The translations under genes and the position numbers were made by a program. A stretch of 64,000 nt of DNA from Picochlorum sp. SENEW3 (lineage: Eukaryota). Shown here piece by piece: positions 11,128-21,477 of this stretch. The notes below the pieces were generated by a model, which was not told where the DNA came from, did no database searches, and worked only from the letters and a program-made list of their open reading frames with translations. The stretch lies in contig CP120463.1 of NCBI GenBank assembly GCA_034226945.1, forward strand, positions 248,001-312,000, given 5' to 3'. Every line of letters begins with the position of its first letter. The stretch's first letter is position 1.

Positions 11128-12038
11128 ATGAATGTAAAGCAAGCGTATCTGTTTTCTTACAATGCGGCACTTTGCTCTGGTTGGTAGGTGCTACGATGGT
11201 CACTATACTGGTCGATTTGATACCATGACTATTCATATAATACTCTGCAGGGCATATGTGTTTATTCGCATGGTCATGACATGCGTGACAGCTGTGCACA
11301 GTGGCTTGTCTTTGACAAGCCCCACGACACTCTCTCTGGTCTGGGAGTCTGTCCAGGTTCCTTTGAAAGTGTCTCAATCCGTTGCCATCATGGAGGTGTT
11401 GCATGCCGCTTTTGGGATTGTTCGATCTCCTGTGATGATCACGGCGACGCAGGTGGCATCAAGGCTGTGGATTCTGTGGGGCATTGTCTGCTTGGTTCCA
11501 GAGGCAACAACCACATCTGTTGTGTCCCTGACATCAAACACAGTCTTTTCATTCGAGTTGAGTCTGATTACACTGCTGACAGCATGGTGTCTCAGCGAAA
11601 TGATTCGATACGGGTTTTTTGCCTGTAAAGAAGCCAATATGCAGCCGTACATCATGGTGTGGTTGAGATATTCTGGGTTTTTGGTGTTGTATCCCTTGGG
11701 GGTGTCCAGTGAGCTTGCCATGGTGTGGCTGGCTCTTCCTGTTATTCGGATGAAAAAGCCCTTGTCAATCGAGCTTCCTAATCCAGTGAATTTCTCGATA
11801 TCATACGATGTGGTGTGTATTCTTGCTGTTGCTGCCTATCTGCCAGGGTTCCCTCAATTATATGGTATGTTTGAATGCATGAGTGATTCTGATAATTTGC
11901 TCTAGTATTGAATCTCGAGCCATCATCGTGATATATTCAATTGTATCATGTCTTGCAGGATATATGTTGAAGCAAAGGAAGAAAACCTTGTCCTCGACAG
12001 CAACAGCAGCTGATGTGACAAAGAAGAAGAATGCCTAA
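11128..12038 (+). CDS. PAS2: Very-long-chain 3-hydroxyacyl-CoA dehydratase (PASTICCINO2/PTPLA); exons 11128-11183, 11251-11864, 11959-12038
   Basis: Spliced product starts MNVKQAYLFSYN and contains EVLHAAFGIVRSP, QVASR, WCLSEMIRY, WLRYSGFLVLYPLGVSSE and YMLKQRKK. C-terminal KKKNA ER-retrieval-like motif. Confidence 0.92.
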
Positions 12039-12095
12039 CTCGATTACAAGACCACATAGATAGATCATATATGAATATACAGTACTGTAAACTTG

Positions 12096-13138
12096 CTACT
12101 GAGGTTGCTCGGAATCTTGTAGAGTAAAGGAATGCAAGAGAAGATCATCATCTGCATCATCATCATCATTGCCATTGTTGTGGTCCTGATGGAGAGAAGG
12201 ATTGCAATAGTCAGCCAAGGAATTGTAATCCAAGTAATCAGACACACCCATATGTGACTGCTGCTCGGTATCATTCTCAAAGAAATCCTGGTGGCGATAT
12301 CGCCTGATGACGTGCCACGTACCGAGGAGAGGGCTCGGTTGCTCGAGTGGCCTGGGCATGTCAGCACTGTGGTGCCTCACCATGACTGGTGTCCCAGAAC
12401 ACACAACCGGCAATCCAACGCCCGTATATGAAGGCCTTGCTTGAACATTTATCTGCACCTGTCTCTGCTCTTTTTGATCTTTTGAAGACGATAACGAAAC
12501 CGAGTCCACGCTCTTGGTCCTTCGCCTTCTCGCGTGCCCGCTTTTCTTCATGGGTGACGTTTTCTTCACAGGTGATGCAGACAAGGCATTCCTGCCACGC
12601 CGAGGTCGGGTAACCACATGCGGCATGGTATTCCTTCCTCGCAATGCATTCATTGTGTCATGGAACGTATTTTCATTGGTCTTCTCTGGCGAGCATTCCT
12701 CACCATCCGAGACCGAGGCCCTCTTGGGAACAAGATGGTCAAGACCATGGTCCACCAGGTACTTGCCCAGCGTCTTACCCTTGTGGCCATTCGGCATCAA
12801 TATCCTCAGACTCAGCCTCCATTTCCTATTCCCTTCCTTTCCTCCTAACGTTTCAAACCCTATAGATAAACAACACAAATATATCAGTATTCATCATTTG
12901 TGATTGCAGACAGATCCATCCTACCAGTTGGTGATAGTATCCTTCCCCCACTGAAGACCTTGTGCATTTGCACGCAGTAATACCCGGTCACATCATGCAC
13001 GCAAACAGGAATAAAAACTAAATCATGTGATTTATATGGTGCAACATCTCCATGGGAGACAGTGACCCAGTCTCCTGGTCGCCCAGCATAGTGTACTAGT
13101 TCTGGCAGCGGTGGTAGATTCGACAGCTCCACCAGCAT
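12096..13138 (-). CDS. SAND-domain (VARL/RegA-like) putative transcription regulator; intron 12860-12924
   Basis: Splicing gives 'ILSPTGFETLGGKEGNRKWRLSLRI', matching the SAND SP..FE..GG...K.WK.SI pattern, followed by a low-complexity basic/acidic tail. Confidence 0.75.
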
Positions 13139-13581
13139 ATTCGTTGGTTTTATTTCTTTCCTATTATTTATATTAAATATTATATTACATATATCTATGC
13201 ATCAGCGTCGTCATGAACGTCAATGATGGATGACACGGCGCTGCATTGCATGCTTTGATTGTTTTCTGCATGAAACTGTTCATTCCTCTCATGCACGCCA
13301 CATGTGGCCAGGTATCAGATCTGGACTCTCCACATTTCATATATGCTGTGTTGACTTTGATCCAAGATACCAGGCTGCATGCAGTCGTTTATTGAGGGCA
13401 TGTGTGTGTTGAGGAATTCTTCTGTGCATTCAAAGAATGACGTTTATATGCATCAATCGTAGAGACTTTGTCCGAGGCAATTCGATCAATTTCATTGCAC
13501 CATGTACTATGAAATGTATATTACAGTAATATGAGTATTGAATAGTCAACAGTGGTGCTGCCTCTGCGACAACGAAGAAGG

Positions 13582-14181
13582 ATGAACGACGAGGACGAGT
13601 TTGGAAAATCTCCTCTCGGCGTGTCATCGAAGCAGAGAACACAAGTAACACAGCATAAAAATATAGATGAAAATGAAGAAGGAAGAGGGAGAAGGGCGTT
13701 GAACTTCTCAGAGGCGACTGAAACTCAACAGGGAAAGGACGAGTCAACGTTTGGAGAGCAAGACTTGTATGGGGACTTGTACGGTGCAGGGGAGGGAGGG
13801 GAGCAGAAAGAAGGTGTTGGAATATTGCGGTTGAAGGTGTCGAGGGTATGTGTTTTTTGAGCGTGGAATAGTAGAAGCAGGGAATGCTTCTGATGGGTTT
13901 GTTTGGTTGCAGTTGATGAGTGATATTGGGGTGAAGGATTCTATGATTTCACGCTTGGAGAAGACTGTGCAAGAGCTTCAAGACGAGGTAGGTTTCTATG
14001 TATTTGCCGTATGCTGGGGCTGAATGATGGATGAATGCTGGGTTTTGTGTAGGTTGGTCGGTTAGAGGAATCCAACAAGGTGTTGGAGTATAATATATCA
14101 TCTCTGTTCAACACGGCCAAATTGGAGATTGAGAGGAAAGACGCTGAGATCAAATCTCTGAGAGAAATACAACGACGTTGA
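13582..14181 (+). CDS. Small coiled-coil protein similar to the N-terminal domain of FLASH/CASP8AP2; exons 13582-13845, 13913-13987, 14053-14181 (155 aa)
   Basis: Two canonical introns keep frame. The product has a QDLYGDLY motif followed by a coiled coil ending NKVLEYNISSLFNTAKLEIERKDAEIKSLRE. Confidence 0.75.
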
Positions 14182-14251
14182 GGTGCTGTTCTTCTCACGC
14201 TTATCAAGGCAGGATAGGTATACACTTGGATGTATGTGAGAGATGGATGGA

Positions 14252-15868
14252 TTACAATTGCCTTTCGGCGGAAGCAAATAATTGCCACACGAGGGTGCCG
14301 ATGCAGTTCAAAACAGCTGTGGTCAGGAATATCGTTTCGAATGAGCCAGTCTTTTCCACAAGGAATCCTGCAATACTCACCCCTGCAATGCCAGAGAAAC
14401 ACCCAAACGTGTTGGATAAACCAAACAGTCTTCCCGCATCATTGGGTGCAACTTCGCTGATATTTGCCGTGAATTGTCCAACGGATGTCAAACCTAGAGC
14501 AAGCGTCATCGCAACAAGGGCCTGTCCAGGAGAGAGGCTTCCAGTTGCCAATGCAAGCAGTGCTGGCACTGGCCCAAGGAAGGCGACAGTCTGTATCATC
14601 TTTCGTACTCGTGTTCTATTCCATCTCGCAGAGTTCACAAGATAATCGCACAAATACCCAGCAGAGACACTACCGAATGCCATCACTAGCCAAGGAACGA
14701 ATGACATGAAACTAGATGCTCTCAAATTCATGCCCAACACTTTGTAAAAATATGTTGGCATCCAATTCAAATACATAAAGTATCCCCAATGATTCACTAT
14801 ATTCGCTGTTATAATGGCCCACACTGCTTTTGTTTGGAGCATGGTTGCAAACGATGCAGGTTCCCGAGTCTCTTCTGCTGCTGAGACGGCATTTCCTCTA
14901 CTCTGCTGCTCATTGTGCTTGTCTGGTACAACTGCATTCCATAGCAAGAACAGCGGGAGACCTAGCAATCCGAACACATAAAAGACACTTCTCCATCCAT
15001 ACATTTCCAAGAGAATCGGTGATGCAAGGAGACCGACAAGGTTGCCAGAGTGGAAGCCAGTAAACATGCCACCAAACGCAGAGGCCCGCTTTGCCAAACT
15101 GATATTCCTTGCCATCAGGTTATTTGCACTAGGCAGCGCCACACCCTCACCCAATCCAACTAAAAATCGGCTCAGTAGCACAGCTGGAAATACAATGCCC
15201 AAGCTCTGTGTCAATGGAGTGATGGCAAACAGTGGCAACAGCATGGATGAAGCAGAGAAGAAGAGCATGCCCCATCCCATGACAGTTTTACCGCCAAAGC
15301 GATCCGCAAGCGTTCCCCCAACCAACTGAGTAGACACATATCCCCATAGAAAAGCTGATTGAACAATTCCCTGAACCCCCTCTGCCCAACCCAAGTCTGC
15401 AGCCAAGGGCAGAATAGCAACACTGAGGCAAATTCTGTCCACATTACAGAGCATCATGGCCAGCGCAGAAGGAATCACAGTTTTCCAATACGACGCAGAG
15501 TCATCATCACTAAGATCCATGGATATGGCACCAGATGCAGCATATATCTGTGTCCTAGATCCTCCTTTGCCGCGAGATGCTCTACGGAGCATCAGGTTGT
15601 TTTCTTGCATTGCCACATGGCACAAGCAGCCTGAGTTGCAACCACCATGATGACTCTTCCTCGTCAAAGACTCCCCTGATCGCACGCATCGAATCGTAGA
15701 TCCTCCTCTTTTTCTGGTTCTATTACTATGATTTCCATATATCGTTCTATTGCTCCCAAGAGGACGATCGCCCACGCGTCCAGTCTCGTGGCAGCTCTGT
15801 GTACGTTTCTTCCTGGGCAAAGGCACACGACTCTGGAGGAGCTGTGTCTTCCCAGCGATACTCGTCAT
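14252..15868 (-). CDS. PHT4/ANTR-family anion (phosphate) transporter, MFS/SLC17, probably plastid
   Basis: Long transit-like N-terminus (likely start MTSIAG), LCNVDRICLSVAI, SAFLWGY, GGTLADRFGGK, RFLVGLGEGVA, NHWGYF..LNWMPTYF. Confidence 0.9.
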   Translation of the reverse strand: MTSIAGKTQLLQSRVPLPRKKRTQSCHETGRVGDRPLGSNRTIYGNHSNRTRKRGGSTIRCVRSGESLTRKSHHGGCNSGCLCHVAMQENNLMLRRASRGKGGSRTQIYAASGAISMDLSDDDSASYWKTVIPSALAMMLCNVDRICLSVAILPLAADLGWAEGVQGIVQSAFLWGYVSTQLVGGTLADRFGGKTVMGWGMLFFSASSMLLPLFAITPLTQSLGIVFPAVLLSRFLVGLGEGVALPSANNLMARNISLAKRASAFGGMFTGFHSGNLVGLLASPILLEMYGWRSVFYVFGLLGLPLFLLWNAVVPDKHNEQQSRGNAVSAAEETREPASFATMLQTKAVWAIITANIVNHWGYFMYLNWMPTYFYKVLGMNLRASSFMSFVPWLVMAFGSVSAGYLCDYLVNSARWNRTRVRKMIQTVAFLGPVPALLALATGSLSPGQALVAMTLALGLTSVGQFTANISEVAPNDAGRLFGLSNTFGCFSGIAGVSIAGFLVEKTGSFETIFLTTAVLNCIGTLVWQLFASAERQL

Positions 15869-16077
15869 GACTGTAGCTACCAGGACATATACAAATAAGA
15901 GAATAAAAGAATTGTTCCACACGTGTTGGCAATCGATACGGTTTCCCTTGTCTGGTGAAATCAATCCATGCTGCAAGATCGCCACTCATCTGCAATGGAC
16001 GGATCTGATACCATGACACAGTACAAGTCAATGTTGCTACTTTATAACCATCTAGTTATTATTGAAATAGAAAATTA

Positions 16078-16706
16078 ATGACAATGCAACGAGTATTTCA
16101 CGCTCAACGTGTGACAACAGTAGCAGGAGGAACTCTCACATGTCGTGCGAATCCACATGTGCTGAGACATACGACGCACATTGCCAGAGCAGGTATGTTC
16201 TCTTACATGTCTATGCATAAGTAATAGCAGAAATCTCATGTTCTGTGATTGCAGAGAGCTTTGATGAAGGTGCAGCCCAGGTGAGGCGTTTGTTGGATAG
16301 GGATCGCAAGGAAATCGATTTTGACGAGTTAGAAAAGACATTTGAGAGCAAGGAGGGAGATTCTAAGGCCGATAATGAATCTTCACGGGGAGTTATGGAG
16401 GCTACGCCGAGTAACAGTGGTGCTATGTTTGCTGCCGATAAAACAAAGGTGAGTCCCTTTGGGCCACGTCCTGGATCCCTTGGTGCTGTGCCATTCGAGC
16501 AGACATCGAGTAGAAAGCCCTCTATAGAGCCAAAGAATTTGTCTCCAACGACGCAGCCTGCTCCAATGGAGGAATCGACTCCATGGTGGACAAAGATCAC
16601 TCTGACACAGATTGTCATTGTCTTGTCCTTCACCACAATCATCAGTCTCATGATTGCTACGTTCTTCTTTGTTCTCAATGTTGGCGCAATTCGTTTGAAC
16701 GAATGA
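16078..16706 (+). CDS. Hypothetical plastid membrane protein with a single C-terminal TM helix; intron 16193-16254
   Basis: Exon 1 is transit-peptide-like and the intron keeps frame. C-terminal hydrophobic helix followed by 'GAIRLNE'. Confidence 0.65.
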
Positions 16707-16745
16707 TTAATATTTACACACGTATATAACACTATATATCGAAAA

Positions 16746-18068
16746 CTAAAAGTTTCTTGCCAATTCCATTTCCTCATCTGTATCAAGGCTAAAGTATGGA
16801 TTCATACCACCTTCCACTGGCCTGAATTGCAGTCCGCATGCAACAAAGAAGGCAATCGTTGCCAGTTCATTAGCCAATGCTGACAGCCAGATGTATTGGT
16901 ATGGCAAGGTGGCATCCAAGAGGTAGACAATGATTCTTGTGAAGTAAATGTATGAGACAACCATGACATAAAACTGTCTGAACAAGACCAATTTGCTCAA
17001 CACTCGTGCAGCCTTATCATCATGCTCTGCTGTTTCTCTCATATGGCGAATTGACCAGACAATTGGGAAGAGAATAGCGCAGCAGCAGAGAATGTCAACC
17101 ACATGCCAGACGTCTCTCCATGAGAACCAATTCTTTGATGCTGGCGTGGTCTCATCCATCACGACAATTGCGACATTTGCAAACACTTGAAGAGGCACCA
17201 CCAAGAGAAGAATCTGCTTCTCTCTTTCCGATAAGAACGGTTTCATATAACTCCATCCAGCTGCAATGAGGATGACAACACTGAAGAAGAGAATACTTCT
17301 CATGGCAGTGAAGAAGTAGTAGGCAATGTTCCATCCCTCTGGATGTCCATACCACGCAATCATATGGTACATTCCAGACTGGGAGAGAACAGTCAACGCC
17401 CTCAACAGCACGAGTGCACCCATGAGATAATGAATCATGTGTGCTCCCTGCTTTGCCTTGAGCACTGTCAGGGTCCACCATGCCAAGAGCCCAGAGAAGG
17501 CCAAAAACGCCATAAAGTACAAAAATGGCAACGCATCCATCCCAACAGGCAAGTAATCTGCTTTATCACCCTTTTGGTTGAACAAAGACAGAACAATATC
17601 AAAGTCAACAGCAGTATTTGCCTCACAATTAGCAAAGTACAGAATAAACTCCCCTCCCTCATAGTCTTCAAGCATATCGTCCAGGACGAAATCGCGCTCC
17701 AGGGATTTTCCAGCCAAATCAATTTCATTGAATCGCACAAGAGTAATCTGTTCCTGAGAATCCAACGGACACGTCCCTTTGGACTCAACCTCCTCCTCCA
17801 ACAACAACCCTCCATATGGCGTCGTAATCAAAATACCCATACGCCTCAAGTCTGGATTTGTAACAGACTTTTGTTTTGGGTCATATAACGGACGAAGCTC
17901 GAATCCGCTGAGGGTGATGTTGATTTTCCCACCTGGACCAAACCCGTAGGGCTCATCCAACGGCACCAACAGCCTATCTTCTTTCACAACATTAGCTTCT
18001 GTGATTTTTGCATCACTATGCCCCAAGAACAGCGCAAAAAGAAGCGCAAACAGAATCAACGACCGCAT
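16746..18068 (-). CDS. GPR107/GPR108 (lung seven-TM receptor, CAND6/7-like)
   Basis: Signal peptide, LYFANC, GWSYMKPFLSEREK, DILCCCAILFPIVWSIRH, KLVLFRQFYVMVVSYIYFTRI. Confidence 0.95.
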   Translation of the reverse strand: MRSLILFALLFALFLGHSDAKITEANVVKEDRLLVPLDEPYGFGPGGKINITLSGFELRPLYDPKQKSVTNPDLRRMGILITTPYGGLLLEEEVESKGTCPLDSQEQITLVRFNEIDLAGKSLERDFVLDDMLEDYEGGEFILYFANCEANTAVDFDIVLSLFNQKGDKADYLPVGMDALPFLYFMAFLAFSGLLAWWTLTVLKAKQGAHMIHYLMGALVLLRALTVLSQSGMYHMIAWYGHPEGWNIAYYFFTAMRSILFFSVVILIAAGWSYMKPFLSEREKQILLLVVPLQVFANVAIVVMDETTPASKNWFSWRDVWHVVDILCCCAILFPIVWSIRHMRETAEHDDKAARVLSKLVLFRQFYVMVVSYIYFTRIIVYLLDATLPYQYIWLSALANELATIAFFVACGLQFRPVEGGMNPYFSLDTDEEMELARNF

Positions 18069-18295
18069 CGTACCGCTGGTGACGTGAGTTGGATGAACGT
18101 GTCGTTCTGTACTCTAGTACCAGTATTCAGTACGGAAATTTAATTACAAATTTAAAAATTTAATTAGTACGTTAGAATACCCTTCTACCATCTAGAAATG
18201 GACCATCTTGAGAGTTCATGGGAATTCTTCTCCATCCATCATTCTCAAAGAATTTGATTCCATCTGTAGATGAATCGTGTTCCCAAGTCGAAAAG

Positions 18296-19069
18296 CTAGA
18301 TAGATCTGCCACCCTTCTCATCCGCAGGATGTTTCAGCATTGTTCTTCTTCGGACCTTTCCATCAGCGTACTCAATGTCATGCAGCATGCTATAGGAAGC
18401 ATCTGGGACACAGCAGAATGATGGAGGTCTCTGGTATCCAATCTCTGCCACCATGATGCACAGGGCAGCAGTCAATCCCCAAATCACAAATGTGTTACTC
18501 TCTGAAGCGACACCACAGTGGAGAAGGGCGTCACAGGCGCTATACTCCCACACATGCATCCTATACTTGATGTCATCCCATACTCCATCTTTGAAAGAAT
18601 ACCGAGCGTCTGGCCACACGTGGTTAAGAAACATTTCCAAGGGAGCAGAGAATACGTGATCGACTTCATCTACATTTGGCTCTAATACGACGTCGTGAAT
18701 AGGACTCGTTACTTTAGCAACCACCGGTGTAACAGAATACAAATGCTTGCTTAGAACTGGAGGTAGCACAGCAACCACGTGTATCTGATCCTCTTGAATC
18801 CCAAGCTCCTCTCGTGCTTCTCGAAGAGCAGTGCAGACATCGTCAGTGTCCTCTTCATCCCTCTTTCCCCCAGGAAAACACGTCTCACCTGGATGAGACC
18901 TGAGATTCTGAGATCTCTGTGTCAATAACACTCTCACATGACCACCAGGGCTTGCTTCATAAATCGGTATCAGAACCGCAGCATGCTTGTAGCTCACAGG
19001 TCTTTTTCTATCAGGTATTGCATGCGCTTGTACGTGGACTATAATCTGGTCCAACGTAGGAGTAGCCAT
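18296..19069 (-). CDS. Nudix hydrolase, CoA pyrophosphatase type (NUDT7/PCD1-like)
   Basis: AAVLIP, LLTQRS..LRSHPGETCFPGGK, Nudix box TALREAREELG, IWGLTA. Confidence 0.9.
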   Translation of the reverse strand: MATPTLDQIIVHVQAHAIPDRKRPVSYKHAAVLIPIYEASPGGHVRVLLTQRSQNLRSHPGETCFPGGKRDEEDTDDVCTALREAREELGIQEDQIHVVAVLPPVLSKHLYSVTPVVAKVTSPIHDVVLEPNVDEVDHVFSAPLEMFLNHVWPDARYSFKDGVWDDIKYRMHVWEYSACDALLHCGVASESNTFVIWGLTAALCIMVAEIGYQRPPSFCCVPDASYSMLHDIEYADGKVRRRTMLKHPADEKGGRSI

Positions 19070-19393
19070 GCCATGTCTCTCTTGGAACAAAGGCGTGTCT
19101 TCAGTCTCTGAGAAGTATAGCTGATCGATCCATCATAAACAGATATATATATGTATTTCATTATCTGATTTTTCTTCCCATAGCGCGAGCTTCCTCGGCG
19201 TGAAACGCTCTTTTTGTTCAAGGATTTGAAATTGGGAAAGTTTCGTAGATTGAACATTAAAAACGCATCCAGCTCTCTTTCTTCTTGTGTTTTGTGCACG
19301 GCTGTCTCTTCTCTGCAATGAAAATGAATAGCAAACAAATGTCGGATATATATATATTTAGATCAATGAGGAGTAGGTTTTCATGAATACCTG

Positions 19394-20432
19394 ATGAATG
19401 AAAAGACGTATCAGAGTATATTGGAGACGTTGGCGTCAGTTCCTGTAACTGCCATGCCTTGTGTCAAACTGCTTGGAGATAGATTTGGGGTTGGCGCAGA
19501 GACTGTTCACAGCATATACTCTCAGGAGGTTCAGTATAGGGTAAAGAAGACCCACACGGCTCTCTGTGAAGCATCGGTGGGTCTGATGAAGGAATATGTG
19601 CTAGGTATGGTTGTCTTTGTTTTTCTATTGCTGTGTGTGTGGTCAATTACCAACGCCATGATTGTGTAGGAGACAAGAGTATCATCGATTTGTGCCTACA
19701 ATGGCATATGCCTCCATCTATCATGGTGAGGCGGATGTTGGAATCGTGCCCGTCGCTGGGATGCAAGAATGGCAAGGTGGTTGGGTCTGTGCTGAAGAAT
19801 GCAGACATGTTGAGGACATGCGTCACTCCTGGGTTTCTAGATGCGCTCATCGAAACCGATTTGAACGCACACGGCATAGCATATCATCAAACAGAAGATC
19901 AATTCTTAGATCGCTTGGTAGCAGATATAGAAACGTGCGCGATCATGGATAGTATATGTGGGCCAGCGGCAGATGCTGCAAGGCATGGAGCTGGAGAGGA
20001 TTATGAGACCAGGCTGTATGACCATCTCCAGGAGCACAAGATTTGTTTCTGGACGGAAAATGACTTACGGGATCAGCATTTTCATAAAACCCCGGACGCA
20101 TTGCTGAAAGTTCCGATTGCGGTGTGTGGCAAGGTGGTCTGTTGGATTGATAGCAAGGCAACTTTTTGCGATGCAAAAACCCACAGGTATGTGTGCACTG
20201 ATTCGTGGTAATGCTCGAGTCGTATTCATCTTCTTTCTTCTTTACTCTCAGGAAGCTTCTTCAAGAACAATATGATAGCTATGTGAACAGATTCGGCCCA
20301 GGACTTGTGATTTATTGGCATGGGTATTTGGAATCCGTTCAGCTCATGGACTTTGTGACTGTTATGGATCACTTTCCCTGCGGAAAGGATGAGATTATTC
20401 GACTGCCGATGCTTGATGCTGATAGTATTTAA
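19394..20432 (+). CDS. CDIN1: CDAN1-interacting nuclease 1 (C15orf41, TPD domain); introns 19605-19669 and 20187-20251
   Basis: Spliced product has G.DYE..L...L, KTPD, WIDSKA.F and QY.SYVNRFGPGLVIYWHG. Confidence 0.9.
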
Positions 20433-20476
20433 TTTATTTGTACTACTTTCGGATGGAATAGGCCTGGTATGCGGAG

Positions 20477-21454
20477 ATGAAGGTGCTGTTCTGCGGAAAT
20501 GACATGTACTTTGGGTTCGCGTATACCAAGGAGGAAGTGGAACGACGGCGCCTAGGCACCGTTGTTCAGTGTGATCGAGATAAGTTGTCGCAGGAGATTG
20601 TGGATGCGGATGTCATTGTGCCTCTGATGTGTCGGATCACGAAAGACTTGATAGACAAGGCAAGTAGAGCAAAACTGATTATTCAGTATGGGGCTGGAGT
20701 GGAGGGCATTGATATAGAGTATGCGTCGGCAAAGGGGATTTATGTATCGAATATAGCATCTGGGGATACAGGTAATGCGGAATCATGTGCAGAGATGGTG
20801 GTATTTTTACTGCTTGGGTGCCTGAGACGGGTGAACCAGATGCAGCGTGCATTTCGAGAGAAGAGGCTAGGTGTTCCGATCGGAGACATGCTCAAGGGCA
20901 AGTCTGTATGTATAATTGGGTTTGGGAATATAGCAAAGGCTTTAGTTCCACGGTTGGCGCCCTTTGGTGTGGACATGTTTGCATTGAGAAGGCATGTTGG
21001 AAAGTTTGATGAGAATGACATGGATATCTTGAAGGATGTCGGGGAGGTTGGTCGGGAGGAGGATATGCGGCGCATTTTGGGCAAATCTGATATCGTTGTT
21101 TTTACGTGTTCGTTGAACCCGAGTAATCAAGGGATGATGAATAGAGAATTTTTGTCCATGTGTGCAACACCAGTGATCATAGTCAACGTGGCACGTGGAG
21201 GGTTACTGGACTATGATGCGGTGGTTGAAGGTCTAGCATCGGAAAAGATACGAGCTCTTGGGATCGATGTGCACTTTGAGGAGCCTTTTGATCCAGATGA
21301 TCCGGTTGCAACGCATGAAGCAGTGTACTGTACACCTCATGTTGCTGGAGTGACTCAGACATCGTATAGAAACATGGCAAGAATTGTTGCTGACGAAGCC
21401 GAGAAAGTGGTATTGAAAGGACAGGAGCCTAGTGTGATAGTTTTACATCAATAA
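20477..21454 (+). CDS. D-isomer-specific 2-hydroxyacid dehydrogenase
   Basis: GAGVEGID, GNAESCAE, IIGFGNIA, VNVARGGL, EPFDP, TPHVAGVT. Confidence 0.92.
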   Translation: MKVLFCGNDMYFGFAYTKEEVERRRLGTVVQCDRDKLSQEIVDADVIVPLMCRITKDLIDKASRAKLIIQYGAGVEGIDIEYASAKGIYVSNIASGDTGNAESCAEMVVFLLLGCLRRVNQMQRAFREKRLGVPIGDMLKGKSVCIIGFGNIAKALVPRLAPFGVDMFALRRHVGKFDENDMDILKDVGEVGREEDMRRILGKSDIVVFTCSLNPSNQGMMNREFLSMCATPVIIVNVARGGLLDYDAVVEGLASEKIRALGIDVHFEEPFDPDDPVATHEAVYCTPHVAGVTQTSYRNMARIVADEAEKVVLKGQEPSVIVLHQ

Positions 21455-21477
21455 ATAGTGTTTGTTGTGGGGCATTG

